Positions 28,264-37,164 of a DNA stretch of 64,000 nt are shown piece after piece (position 1 is the first letter of the stretch; each line of letters opens with the position of its first letter). The stretch is from Vitreimonas sp. GTDB lineage: Bacteria; Patescibacteriota; Microgenomatia; UBA1400; PJMF01. Under the pieces are notes generated by a model. The model was not told the origin of the DNA. It was given only the letters and a program-made list of their open reading frames with translations, and did no database searches. The position numbers were made by a program, and so were the translations under genes. Location of the stretch: the NCBI GenBank assembly GCA_035627515.1, contig DASPLQ010000012.1:1098331-1162330 (forward strand), in the 5' to 3' direction.

Positions 28264-29361
28264 ATGCTGCCCACAACTCCTTTTAAAGGTGGTTATCGCC
28301 TTACCCAAACTTTTGGGAAACGTCCTGAGTATTACAGGCAATTTGGCTTTAATGGGCATGAAGGTTTAGATTTAGTTCCCCTCGTAAATAAAGTTCTCGA
28401 AGACAAAGACATTTATGCCGTTGAAGACGGTGAAGTTTTACGTGACGTTGACCCTGGCGAAAGATTCGATGCGTACGGCTATTTGACCGCCGTGTGGAAT
28501 CCATTAACTAAGCGCTGTTGGTGGTATGCCCACAACGCTTTCAACTTAGTGGAGCCAGGGCAAAAAATCAAACGAGGTCAAAAGATTGCTCGAATGGGCG
28601 GAAGCGGAAATGTACAAGGAGATCATCTCCATTTGGGCTTAACGATGAGTGATGAAAACAAGGTGAGATTAAATCAAACTAATGGCTATAAAGGATTTAT
28701 TGATCCTGAGCCAGCTCTAAAAGAGCTAAATCAAGGGGGAGTAGTTATGGCAAATACAATGACTATTGATACTGTTTTGTTCAGCAAACTGGTAGGAAAC
28801 AGTGGGAAATGGGACCTAACGGTCAAATATGTGGAGTTGCCCACCGACCCAGCTCTTACCTCATTTGAGGATGTTCAGAGGGTAGTTGCAGGGTATAAGT
28901 CTCGAGGAACTGATGTTCAGAACCAGATCAATGCAGCCACAGCAGAGCTCTCTAATAGAGTAGAGCAAGTTAGCAGACTTAAAGATCAAGCGCTAAACGA
29001 CCTAAATGTGCAAAAGACCCTACTGGACAACGCAATTTCAGCACGAATAAAAACCGAAGAAAGCCTTGGGGTAGTACAGGGGCAAGTAGTTCTAAAGCAA
29101 AACCAGATTGACGCTATAGCAAAGGAAAAAGGTGAATTAAATACTCAGTTGGTTGTTGCACAAAACTCCGCAAGTGATTGGCAAAAAAAGTATAACGACC
29201 TACTAACTACCCATGCGGTGGCTCATATCACCCTAGCTGATGCCATATTAATCTTGGCAAAATCCTTCTTTGGTTGGGCAAAGAATGTCCAATTGAAAAA
29301 AACCGAAGACTTAATAGATGTAGAAGAACTTATGGCAAAAGTTAACCCAGCAATTCAATAA
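28264..29361 (+). CDS. M23-family metallopeptidase (putative endolysin) with C-terminal coiled-coil region
   Basis: GFNGHEGLDL (HxxxD) and GDHLHLG (HxH) motifs in the N-terminal 150 aa; C-terminal ~170 aa Gln/Leu-rich coiled-coil. Confidence 0.7.
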   Translation: MLPTTPFKGGYRLTQTFGKRPEYYRQFGFNGHEGLDLVPLVNKVLEDKDIYAVEDGEVLRDVDPGERFDAYGYLTAVWNPLTKRCWWYAHNAFNLVEPGQKIKRGQKIARMGGSGNVQGDHLHLGLTMSDENKVRLNQTNGYKGFIDPEPALKELNQGGVVMANTMTIDTVLFSKLVGNSGKWDLTVKYVELPTDPALTSFEDVQRVVAGYKSRGTDVQNQINAATAELSNRVEQVSRLKDQALNDLNVQKTLLDNAISARIKTEESLGVVQGQVVLKQNQIDAIAKEKGELNTQLVVAQNSASDWQKKYNDLLTTHAVAHITLADAILILAKSFFGWAKNVQLKKTEDLIDVEELMAKVNPAIQ

Positions 29362-29384
29362 AGGCTTTAATAGCAATTACATTA

Positions 29385-29412
29385 AAGCCGTCCTAGTATG
29401 ACGGCTTTTTTG
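29385..29412 (+). terminator. rho-independent terminator after the lysis gene
   Basis: Stem AAGCCGTC / GACGGCTT with a 7-nt loop followed by TTTTTT. Confidence 0.5.
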
Positions 29413-29425
29413 GTCAAAGGAGTTT

Positions 29426-29839
29426 ATGGTAACACTTGAACACGCAATTGAGGGAGTCCTCAGACAAGGTCAAAATAGGCGAGCCTGGCAAGAAGGAGAT
29501 ACTGTTGAAGAAGTCTATAAAATGCTAGAGAACGAGCTTAAGGAGCTTTGGGGCGGACTAATGGAATCCTTTGTTACAGGTGATGTTTGGCCAGTGGCAA
29601 GTGAGGTTGGAGATATTCTTTTTCTTTTAATTAGGTTTTGTGAGTTGTGTGGATTGGAACCGGCTGATGTGCTTGATATGAAAACCAAGAGAAATGCTAA
29701 AAAATATGATGACGCCATTTGCAATGACGGATACTTGCCTGAGCAAGTTCCTGGAGTAGCAAAACAATCTTGGAAAGCGATGGGTGGTGACTACATGTTC
29801 TCAAACATTTATCTAGACTACCTAGCTCACGCCGACTAA
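29426..29839 (+). CDS. MazG-like nucleotide pyrophosphohydrolase
   Basis: 137 aa; EELKELWGG...DILFLLIRFCELCGLEPADVLDMKTKRNAKKY matches the MazG/dCTPase all-alpha NTP-PPase core. Confidence 0.6.
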   Translation: MVTLEHAIEGVLRQGQNRRAWQEGDTVEEVYKMLENELKELWGGLMESFVTGDVWPVASEVGDILFLLIRFCELCGLEPADVLDMKTKRNAKKYDDAICNDGYLPEQVPGVAKQSWKAMGGDYMFSNIYLDYLAHAD

Positions 29840-29891
29840 TTGGTTCCTTCCTACAGTTTAGTAAAGAATCGCATGGTATCCTCGGGGAAAT

Positions 29892-30071
29892 ATGAAAATA
29901 CTTCCTCCCCAAACCATGGTTAAATTACAGCACTTAGTGGGTTATTTCCCGTGTGCCTGGTGCATAAGTGAAAGATACAGGAAAATCAGCAATAAACTTA
30001 AAATGAGCCATGGAATCTGTGAAAAATGCGCACACGAACATTTCTATTCCTTACTTGATACAAGCCCATAG
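29892..30071 (+). CDS. small zinc-ribbon protein (59 aa; CAWC...CEKC), not in ORF track
   Basis: ATG 29892 to TAG 30069-30071; two CxxC pairs; tail-to-tail overlap (21 nt) with the integrase 3' end. Confidence 0.3.
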   Translation: MKILPPQTMVKLQHLVGYFPCAWCISERYRKISNKLKMSHGICEKCAHEHFYSLLDTSP

Positions 30072-31082
30072 TCCCGCTAATTGTTGCTCGAGAACAACCA
30101 TATCAAATCGCTTATCCTGCTCTAACTTAAAGCTCCTCACGGCATCAATTGCCTGTTTCAACAACTCGGGGGCAGGTATGTTATTTCGAATCATTGGATG
30201 CATGAAAGTAGCTTTTCTAAGTGTTTCATCTGCTAAATGAGCATAGTTATTAAAGGTTGTTTGAATGTCTTTATGACCAAGAAGGTCGGCAACTTTGGTA
30301 ATTTCCACCCCTGAAGAGAGCAGCTGAGTCGCAAAGGAATGTCTAAAAAGGTGTGGATGGACACGTTTAGTGACTTTTGCATCAACTGCCCTTCTTTTCA
30401 GATCTGGAATAAATTCTTGCTCACGTATCTTGGTATTCATCATGCTTGTGAAAATAAGGTCGGTTCGTTCCTTTTTCTCTGAATCAATAATGTATTGAAG
30501 TTCTGAAACCAAAGGCTCTGATATGAAAGCAAGTCTATATTCTGTGTTTTTAGTTTTAATGAATCTGGCTTTACCATTTGAAATGTCAAGGTTTGCAAGT
30601 GTTAAGCTGGCGCACTCATCATATCGGCAGCCTGTTGTGGCTAAAAAGCGGATCATTGCTTTATAAACAGTGTTCAGTCTGCTGCAATCTCTACCTCTAA
30701 AATTACCATAACTCATATCGATAGAGAGTATCGCCTCAATTTCATTAACAGAAAGTACATCAATTACTGGTTTAATTTTGGGAAAAGACTTAATACCTTT
30801 AAGAAAATCTTCAGTTTCTGGCTCACGATCCCTTAGGTAAGCTAGAAGTTGCCGAAGCATAAAAATGTATGTATTAATTGTGTTAGTGTGGAGGCCTTTA
30901 TTTTTCAGTTCAAAGAGAAACCGCTCAATATGATTGACAGTGATGTTTGTGACAAGGTTTTCGGGTTTTTCACACCACTCGATGAATATACCAAGACGAC
31001 TCAACACGTGCCTGATGGAGCTATCCGAAATACCCTGCTTTATCGTGATAAATTGGATAAAATCAGCAGAGTTAATTTTCAC
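30051..31082 (-). CDS. int: tyrosine-type site-specific integrase
   Basis: Catalytic region HPHLFRHSFATQLLSSGVEITKVADLLGHKDIQTTFNNYAHL (R..H..R..Y); N-terminal SAM-like domain; last phage gene before the host genes. Confidence 0.85.
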   Translation of the reverse strand: MKINSADFIQFITIKQGISDSSIRHVLSRLGIFIEWCEKPENLVTNITVNHIERFLFELKNKGLHTNTINTYIFMLRQLLAYLRDREPETEDFLKGIKSFPKIKPVIDVLSVNEIEAILSIDMSYGNFRGRDCSRLNTVYKAMIRFLATTGCRYDECASLTLANLDISNGKARFIKTKNTEYRLAFISEPLVSELQYIIDSEKKERTDLIFTSMMNTKIREQEFIPDLKRRAVDAKVTKRVHPHLFRHSFATQLLSSGVEITKVADLLGHKDIQTTFNNYAHLADETLRKATFMHPMIRNNIPAPELLKQAIDAVRSFKLEQDKRFDMVVLEQQLAGLWACIK

Positions 31083-31221
31083 CTTTTCCTACTTCATTTA
31101 ACATATTAAAGGTTATGCTTCAGTTATAAAACCCGAAACTTTGCAAGCATACTTTCATTAAAAAACAATTAACATTTGATAGGTAGAAATAGGACAATTG
31201 GAGCAGGTCAAAACTGCTGTA

Positions 31222-31250
31222 TTGACAGCCGTTCTGAACAGTTGTACTAT
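31222..31250 (+). promoter_or_regulatory. sigma70-like promoter (TTGACA - 17 nt - TACTAT)
   Basis: TTGACA at 31222-31227, 17-nt spacer, TACTAT at 31245-31250, ~140 nt upstream of the 31394 gene. Confidence 0.35.
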
Positions 31251-31393
31251 GAAGCATATCGGTACTAACTAGCACTTTAAATACACTTCTAAGCATAGTT
31301 AGTGACAAGACATTAAAATTCTTCTTTAAATTGAGACTCCGTTGAGATTCCCGCTTTCTTGAGGCAGAAGTAATTAACACACTACCACAACGC

Positions 31394-32284
31394 ATGTTGA
31401 ATGAAGAGCAAACTTCTTTATACGATAGTACCCAACCAGTGATTTTGGGTGCTGAATGGCTCGCAAGATCTCTCATTTTAACTCAGAGTGAGATGGCTGT
31501 TTCTGACATAGACTCACTTGAAGAATGTTTACCTCAGTTAGCTGCAGCTATTACTTTACAGGCTGAGTATTTGTTCATTCCCCGTCATAGTGGGACACAA
31601 ATGAGATTGACAAGAGGTTTACCAATTAATGCAGATGTCATTGCCACGACTGGGTTAGCGACTTTTCTTTCTGAAGCAGTATCAGAAAGAAAAAAAGGTA
31701 TCAATGACAAGGAGCTCGAGATTGTGATGTTAATTGGGCACCAAGGTTCGGGAAAAGGAGTGGTGGCAGAATACTTTGAAGCCCAAGGATACACGATTTT
31801 AACGATGTCAGAAATTGTCAGACAAGTTGTTGAGGCTTGGGGATTAAATTCCAGTTTAACGGAAGACAAGATTGTTGGGGGACAGATATTAAAACAGTAT
31901 TTTGGTTTAGACATTTTAGTGAGGTTAGGCATTGATTACTTACAAAGATCAGGAAAATCTAAGATCTTGATCGATGGACCTCGTGTTCCCGAAGAGGTTG
32001 AAGCTGCAAAAATGATGGGTGCTAGACTTTATGGAATTGTCACTGATTTAGACGGTGAAAAAGATCGTCTTCGACGGAAAGAGTTAATAATCAAACGATC
32101 ACAGGAAGATGTAAATCGCGCTCAAGACGCAGTTAAATTTGATATTCGCGAAGCCCAAGAGGCAGATAAAATAAATGCTTTATTGCGGATTGAAAGCGTT
32201 AAGATCTTTGTTAATAATGCCCCAAGTGTGGGTGAGCTTAATGCAGCATTAGATGTTTTTTTTGCCCAAGAACGTGCTACTTAA
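31394..32284 (+). CDS. P-loop nucleoside/nucleotide kinase-family protein with ~100-aa N-terminal extension
   Basis: Walker A IGHQGSGKG and a lid-like ILIDGPRVPEEVE segment; precise family not determinable by eye. Confidence 0.35.
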   Translation: MLNEEQTSLYDSTQPVILGAEWLARSLILTQSEMAVSDIDSLEECLPQLAAAITLQAEYLFIPRHSGTQMRLTRGLPINADVIATTGLATFLSEAVSERKKGINDKELEIVMLIGHQGSGKGVVAEYFEAQGYTILTMSEIVRQVVEAWGLNSSLTEDKIVGGQILKQYFGLDILVRLGIDYLQRSGKSKILIDGPRVPEEVEAAKMMGARLYGIVTDLDGEKDRLRRKELIIKRSQEDVNRAQDAVKFDIREAQEADKINALLRIESVKIFVNNAPSVGELNAALDVFFAQERAT

Positions 32285-32371
32285 GCCTATTGTCTCTTAG
32301 TAAGTTCAATAGTATTCTCATTGCAGTTATTCTTTCCCCGCTGTTAAGCAAAGACATTTTCTCTACAGTTC

Positions 32372-32773
32372 ATGCAAGAATCTGGAGCTATAACTGTATC
32401 TATGCAAGATAAACATTTTTTACTTCTCCAAAATAATATTGAAGATATCAAAAAGAATCTCAATGATTTTAAGGATGAGATCAAAGAGGTTTTGTCAGAA
32501 ATGTTAGTTAGGGTTGGTGAAAAATTTGATGAACAAGATAAACGTTTTACAAAGATTGAGAAGAAGCTTGAAGAACATGACACGCGTTTTGATAGGATTG
32601 AAATAACCTTAGCAAACCATGATCGGCGATTTGATGCCATTGACCAACGATTGGATCGTCATGAGTTAAAAATTGAAAAACTTGATCTTAAATTAGATTT
32701 ATTTAAGGCTGAGGTTAAGAAAACGTATCTTACTAAAACTGAGTTTAATGATTACAAAAAACAACGCCGGTGA
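32372..32773 (+). CDS. small coiled-coil protein with four 14-aa repeats (xLxxHDxRFDxIxx)
   Basis: KLEEHDTRFDRIEI / TLANHDRRFDAIDQ / RLDRHELKIEKLDL periodicity. Confidence 0.4.
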   Translation: MQESGAITVSMQDKHFLLLQNNIEDIKKNLNDFKDEIKEVLSEMLVRVGEKFDEQDKRFTKIEKKLEEHDTRFDRIEITLANHDRRFDAIDQRLDRHELKIEKLDLKLDLFKAEVKKTYLTKTEFNDYKKQRR

Positions 32774-33632
32774 GTGTGATATAGTACCGGTTAGTTATAG
32801 TTTTTTGCACTATATGTCAAATGCGGAACTCCTCACTCATTTAAAAGCCATGATAGCTAGAGGCGGGCAAGTATTAGCTACGGCTCGTCACAATCAAGAG
32901 CTTGATGCCACCACTGGGAAAATTAACTCCAAAGGCAATGAAACGCTAGCTATTGATATCGCAGTTGAGAAAAAGTTGATTGAGTACGCCCAAGCGCAAA
33001 CTTTGCCCGTTGTCATTTATTCAGAAGAAGCTGGGATAGTTAATTTTCATCCTGATCCTCTTTATACCCTGGTTATGGATCCTCTTGATGGCAGCAATAA
33101 TCATTTACAGGGACAAGATTTGTTACCTTATGGTATTTTTTTGGCGATGTATCAGACTCTATCGCCAGATATTGATGATGTGTTAGTGGCTGCAGCCTTA
33201 GAACACACACGTCAGTTAAGTTTCTACTTTGATGGTGAGAAAACTGTTGATGGTCACGGTCAGACGGTGAAGTTGCGGACTGATTGGAAAGTGGATCGCA
33301 AAACTCCTGTATATTTAGAAACTTTTGATTCTGGCTATGGGCAGTTTTTAGCTTTAGCCAGAACGATTTTTATCCATAATCAAGGAGCCTTAGTAGGAAG
33401 TTTAGGATACGTCCTCAAAGATGCGGCAGCAGCGATGGGTGGGATTGCGGTCAAGAGTGAAGAAGTGGGAGCGATTGTCGCTCTCATTGAAGGAGCCGGT
33501 GGTAAAGTCGTTGATTTACAAGGCAACAGTCTCAGAGACCAACCACTGGATCATACTCGTAAATATGAGCTGATTGGTGGTGCCCCAGTGATTGTGGATC
33601 ATATTGTCAAAGTTTTAAATGGTTACAGCTAG
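32748..33632 (+). CDS. inositol monophosphatase / FBPase-family phosphatase
   Basis: VMDPLDGSNNH metal-binding motif; start may be further downstream than the ORF-track start. Confidence 0.55.
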   Translation: MITKNNAGECDIVPVSYSFLHYMSNAELLTHLKAMIARGGQVLATARHNQELDATTGKINSKGNETLAIDIAVEKKLIEYAQAQTLPVVIYSEEAGIVNFHPDPLYTLVMDPLDGSNNHLQGQDLLPYGIFLAMYQTLSPDIDDVLVAAALEHTRQLSFYFDGEKTVDGHGQTVKLRTDWKVDRKTPVYLETFDSGYGQFLALARTIFIHNQGALVGSLGYVLKDAAAAMGGIAVKSEEVGAIVALIEGAGGKVVDLQGNSLRDQPLDHTRKYELIGGAPVIVDHIVKVLNGYS

Positions 33633-33648
33633 AAAAGTCTAAATTATC

Positions 33649-34080
33649 ATGAATGTTTCAGCAGAGTTAAACAAGCTTATTTTTAGGATTGAAACCAGAT
33701 ATCAAGCAACACGAAGGAATAAGTTCGAGTTACCTAACTTAAGTCAGGTGCAAATCATTGAGGAAAATGGTTTAGCTGCTGAGTGGACAATTGATCGAAG
33801 TGGTCAAACGGATGAGGGCATTATTTATTCTGGTTTAGTAATGATCTTTTTTAATGACCAAGGGATCTTAATTCCGCCAATTCAAGTAGAGCATTATGAG
33901 ATTCGGCCTGAAAAAGGTTATGGTCATGTTCGCTTTGGAGAAATTGATGAGCATGGAGATGTTATTCCTCATGCAGAGAAAGATGCGTTAGATAGTGCCT
34001 TAATTGTGGATATCATCAGAGAAATGGCGCGTGGTATTCCTGATTTGCCCGCTGACTCCACTGTGTTAAAATACCCCTAA
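33649..34080 (+). CDS. hypothetical protein
   Basis: 143-aa ORF. Confidence 0.35.
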   Translation: MNVSAELNKLIFRIETRYQATRRNKFELPNLSQVQIIEENGLAAEWTIDRSGQTDEGIIYSGLVMIFFNDQGILIPPIQVEHYEIRPEKGYGHVRFGEIDEHGDVIPHAEKDALDSALIVDIIREMARGIPDLPADSTVLKYP

Positions 34081-34089
34081 GTTAATAAA

Positions 34090-34306
34090 ACCGCATGAGC
34101 TAAGCTATCACTTAGCCAGGTGCCTACAGAACACTTTGAAAAGTTAGTAGACTAGGCCGGGTAAGCCCGTCAACGCAGGAAGCAAGTATTTCACGCCGAG
34201 ATTTCACATTTCACGCGTGAAAACACAAGGTTGGTACCTTTCTCATCAGCCGAGAAGCCTTTTTGATTCATTAATTTTAGTGAGTCGAAAAGGCTTTTTT
34301 GTTTGG
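34090..34306 (+). promoter_or_regulatory. candidate T-box-like leader with intrinsic terminator upstream of ileS
   Basis: AAGGTTGGTACC (34227-34238; UGGU matches tRNA-Ile ACCA end), terminator AAGCCTTTT (34255-34263) / AAAAGGCTT (34288-34296) + TTTTGTTT; ATC in a hairpin loop at 34107-34109. Confidence 0.35.
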
Positions 34307-34341
34307 TAGGTTAGTAAGTTCTGTTAAAAACTAAAGGATCT

Positions 34342-37164
34342 ATGCCCAAAGTCACCGATTTTAAACAAACCCCAGAATTTCCTTTACTCGAAGAACAAGT
34401 ATTAGAGTTTTGGCAAAAAAATAATTCTTTTGAAAAGTCAGTGGAGATGCGCTCTGCTGATAAATCTTATGTGTTTTATGATGGACCACCGTTTGCCACC
34501 GGGTTGCCACATTATGGCCATTTATTAGCGTCAACTACTAAGGATGTGGTGCCACGTTACTGGACGATGAAAGGGTATCGTGTGGAGCGAGTGTGGGGTT
34601 GGGACTGTCATGGTTTGCCGATCGAAAATATGATCGAAAAGAAATTGGAGATCAAAGGTGGTAAAAAAGGTATCGAAAAGTTGGGCATCGATACTTTCAA
34701 TGCAGCCTGTCGTGCTGAAGTGCTGCGTTTGGATAAAGAATGGGAAAAAATTATTGGCCGCTTGGGCAGATGGGTGGATTTTGAGAACAACTATAAGACT
34801 ATGGACACGACCTTTATGGAATCTGTCTGGTGGGGGTTTAAGCAGCTATATGATAAGGGTTTGACGTATGAAGGCCGTAAGGTTATTTTGTACTGTCCTC
34901 GTTGTTCGACACCGTTGTCCAACTTTGAGATCGCGATGGATAACTCATATAAGGAAGTGACAGAATCGGGCACGACGTATAAATATAAGCTTGTTGGTCA
35001 AGATAATACGTATTTATTAGCCTGGTCCACCACACCTTGGAATAAAATTGTTACACCAGCTTTGGCGGTCAATCCTGAGTTGAGTTACGTTAAGGTTAAA
35101 CAAGGCAATGAACACTATGTGTTAGCTGAAACGCGTTTGGAGAGTTTAAGCAGTGATCACTATGAAGTAGTGGAGCGCTACACAGGCAAAGACTTAGAAG
35201 CGTTTGTATTTGAAACTCATTATCAATTTTTTCCGTTGCAACCCGGTGAAAAAGCTGGCGTGGTGATTGCAGATCCATTTGTAACTGCCGAAGAGGGGAC
35301 AGGTGTAGTGACATTGGCTGTCTATGGTGAAGATGACTATCGAGTGATGAAGGCGCACAACATCCAGTTGGCTGAGCATGTGGATGATGAAGGTCGTTTG
35401 AAAGCCGAGGTCACTCCATGGGCAGGTATGGATATCTTGAAAGCTAATCCATTAGTAAATGACGACCTAGCTGAACGCGGTTTAGTTTATAAAGATGAAG
35501 CTTATACCCACAGTGTGCCCACCTGTTACCGGTGCGCCACGCGTTTATATAACGCGCCGTTGCCGGCTTGGTTCATTAAAGTTGGCCACTTACGAGATGA
35601 GTTAATTGCCCAAAATGAAAAAGTGAATTGGTTCCCTGGTCATCTCAAAGAAGGTCGGTTTAGAAAAGGACTCGAAAACGCGCCTGATTGGAATATTTCT
35701 CGTTCGCGGTATTGGGGAACTCCCATGCCGATTTGGGAAGGTGAAGACGCGCATGGTAAAAAAATTCGGCGAGTGATTGGTTCACTTGAAGAGCTTCAAA
35801 CCTGGGCAGTTGAACCTAAAAAAGCTGCTAAACTAACCGATATTCATCGTGAATTTTTAGATGGCATTGAAGTCTGGGTTGATGAAGATAAAACCGTAAA
35901 AGGTAACAGAGTGGCTGAAGTCTTTGATTGTTGGGTGGAATCGGGCTCGATGCCATTTGCGGCCCTTCATTATCCGTTTGAAAATAAAGCTCACTTTGAA
36001 GCTAATTTCCCGGCTCAGTTTGTGAGCGAGTACATCGCTCAAACTCGGGCGTGGTTTTATACCATGCATGTGATGTCAGTAGGGGTGTTTGGTAAACCAT
36101 CATTTGAAAATGTGCTCACTACCGGCACGATCCTCGCTGAAGATGGTTCCAAAATGAGTAAATCGAAAAATAACTATCCTGATCCCATGATCTTGATCAA
36201 TAAATATGGTGTAGATAGCTTGCGTTTGTATCTGATGAGCTCTACGGTGATGAAAGGTGAAAACCTTAACTTTAGTGAAAAAGACGTCGCTGATCTGCGT
36301 CGCAAGGTGTTTGTGATTTGGTGGAATGTGTTTGCGTTTTATCAAAATTTTGCCAACCACAAAGCCGGTTTTGCGCAGCCAGACTTTGAGCCTGAACATG
36401 TGATGGATAAATGGTTGCTCAGCCGTGTTAATCATCTGACACAGCAAGTCACCAAGTATATGGATAACTATGACGTGGTTCGCGCTAGCCGGACGCTGAT
36501 GGAGTTTGTGGACGAGCTGTCGACTTGGTATTTGCGATTGAGTCGCGAACGCATCAAAAATGACGAACAGGGCCAAGCCAGTCAAGTATTTGGATACACT
36601 TTATATACTTTGGCTCAGTTGTTTGCGCCATTAGCACCCTTTTTCTCGGAGGTGATCCACCACACCATGGTAGATACTAAAACTTCAATTCATCACACTG
36701 ATTGGCCAAGTGTCAACAAAGCAGCGCTGCAGCCTGAATTGGAAACCAAAATGACCGAGGTCCAAAAAGTAGTCGAAAAAGGTCACGCTGTGCGCAAAGA
36801 AGCGGGAGTAAAAGTTCGCCAACCACTCGCAGAAGTCAAAGTAGTTTCGCCTGTCACCGCGCCTGCTGATAAAGTTCTTGAGGTTCTAAAACAAGAACTC
36901 AACGTCAAAGCTGTCAGCTGGATGAAAGCCGAAGAAATGAGCGTCAGCTTAGATCTGAATCTCACTCCCGAACTCGAAGCCGAAGGCAAAGCTCGTGACC
37001 TGATGCGTAGCATCCAAAACTTACGCAAAGAGGCGGGACTGGCGGTAGGTGATGTAGCAACTGTTACTGCACCTGAATGGCCAGCTGAGTGGCAAGCTGA
37101 AATCGAAGCCAAGACTAAGACGAAGTTGGTGAAGGGTGAAAGCTTGGCGTTGGTTAGCTCATGA
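34342..37164 (+). CDS. ileS: isoleucyl-tRNA synthetase
   Basis: Class I motifs PPFATGLPHYGH and KMSKS; CP1 editing-domain-like region; 940 aa. Confidence 0.9.
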   Translation: MPKVTDFKQTPEFPLLEEQVLEFWQKNNSFEKSVEMRSADKSYVFYDGPPFATGLPHYGHLLASTTKDVVPRYWTMKGYRVERVWGWDCHGLPIENMIEKKLEIKGGKKGIEKLGIDTFNAACRAEVLRLDKEWEKIIGRLGRWVDFENNYKTMDTTFMESVWWGFKQLYDKGLTYEGRKVILYCPRCSTPLSNFEIAMDNSYKEVTESGTTYKYKLVGQDNTYLLAWSTTPWNKIVTPALAVNPELSYVKVKQGNEHYVLAETRLESLSSDHYEVVERYTGKDLEAFVFETHYQFFPLQPGEKAGVVIADPFVTAEEGTGVVTLAVYGEDDYRVMKAHNIQLAEHVDDEGRLKAEVTPWAGMDILKANPLVNDDLAERGLVYKDEAYTHSVPTCYRCATRLYNAPLPAWFIKVGHLRDELIAQNEKVNWFPGHLKEGRFRKGLENAPDWNISRSRYWGTPMPIWEGEDAHGKKIRRVIGSLEELQTWAVEPKKAAKLTDIHREFLDGIEVWVDEDKTVKGNRVAEVFDCWVESGSMPFAALHYPFENKAHFEANFPAQFVSEYIAQTRAWFYTMHVMSVGVFGKPSFENVLTTGTILAEDGSKMSKSKNNYPDPMILINKYGVDSLRLYLMSSTVMKGENLNFSEKDVADLRRKVFVIWWNVFAFYQNFANHKAGFAQPDFEPEHVMDKWLLSRVNHLTQQVTKYMDNYDVVRASRTLMEFVDELSTWYLRLSRERIKNDEQGQASQVFGYTLYTLAQLFAPLAPFFSEVIHHTMVDTKTSIHHTDWPSVNKAALQPELETKMTEVQKVVEKGHAVRKEAGVKVRQPLAEVKVVSPVTAPADKVLEVLKQELNVKAVSWMKAEEMSVSLDLNLTPELEAEGKARDLMRSIQNLRKEAGLAVGDVATVTAPEWPAEWQAEIEAKTKTKLVKGESLALVSS

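Noticed and set aside
30010-30240. 76-aa + strand ORF
   Set aside because: It lies antisense inside the integrase coding sequence with no RBS. The shorter 29892-30071 Zn-ribbon ORF is more plausible.
31120-31476. 118-aa minus-strand ORF
   Set aside because: It spans the promoter region and the 5' end of the 31394 gene and is Cys/Ser-rich off-frame sequence, so it is unlikely to be real.
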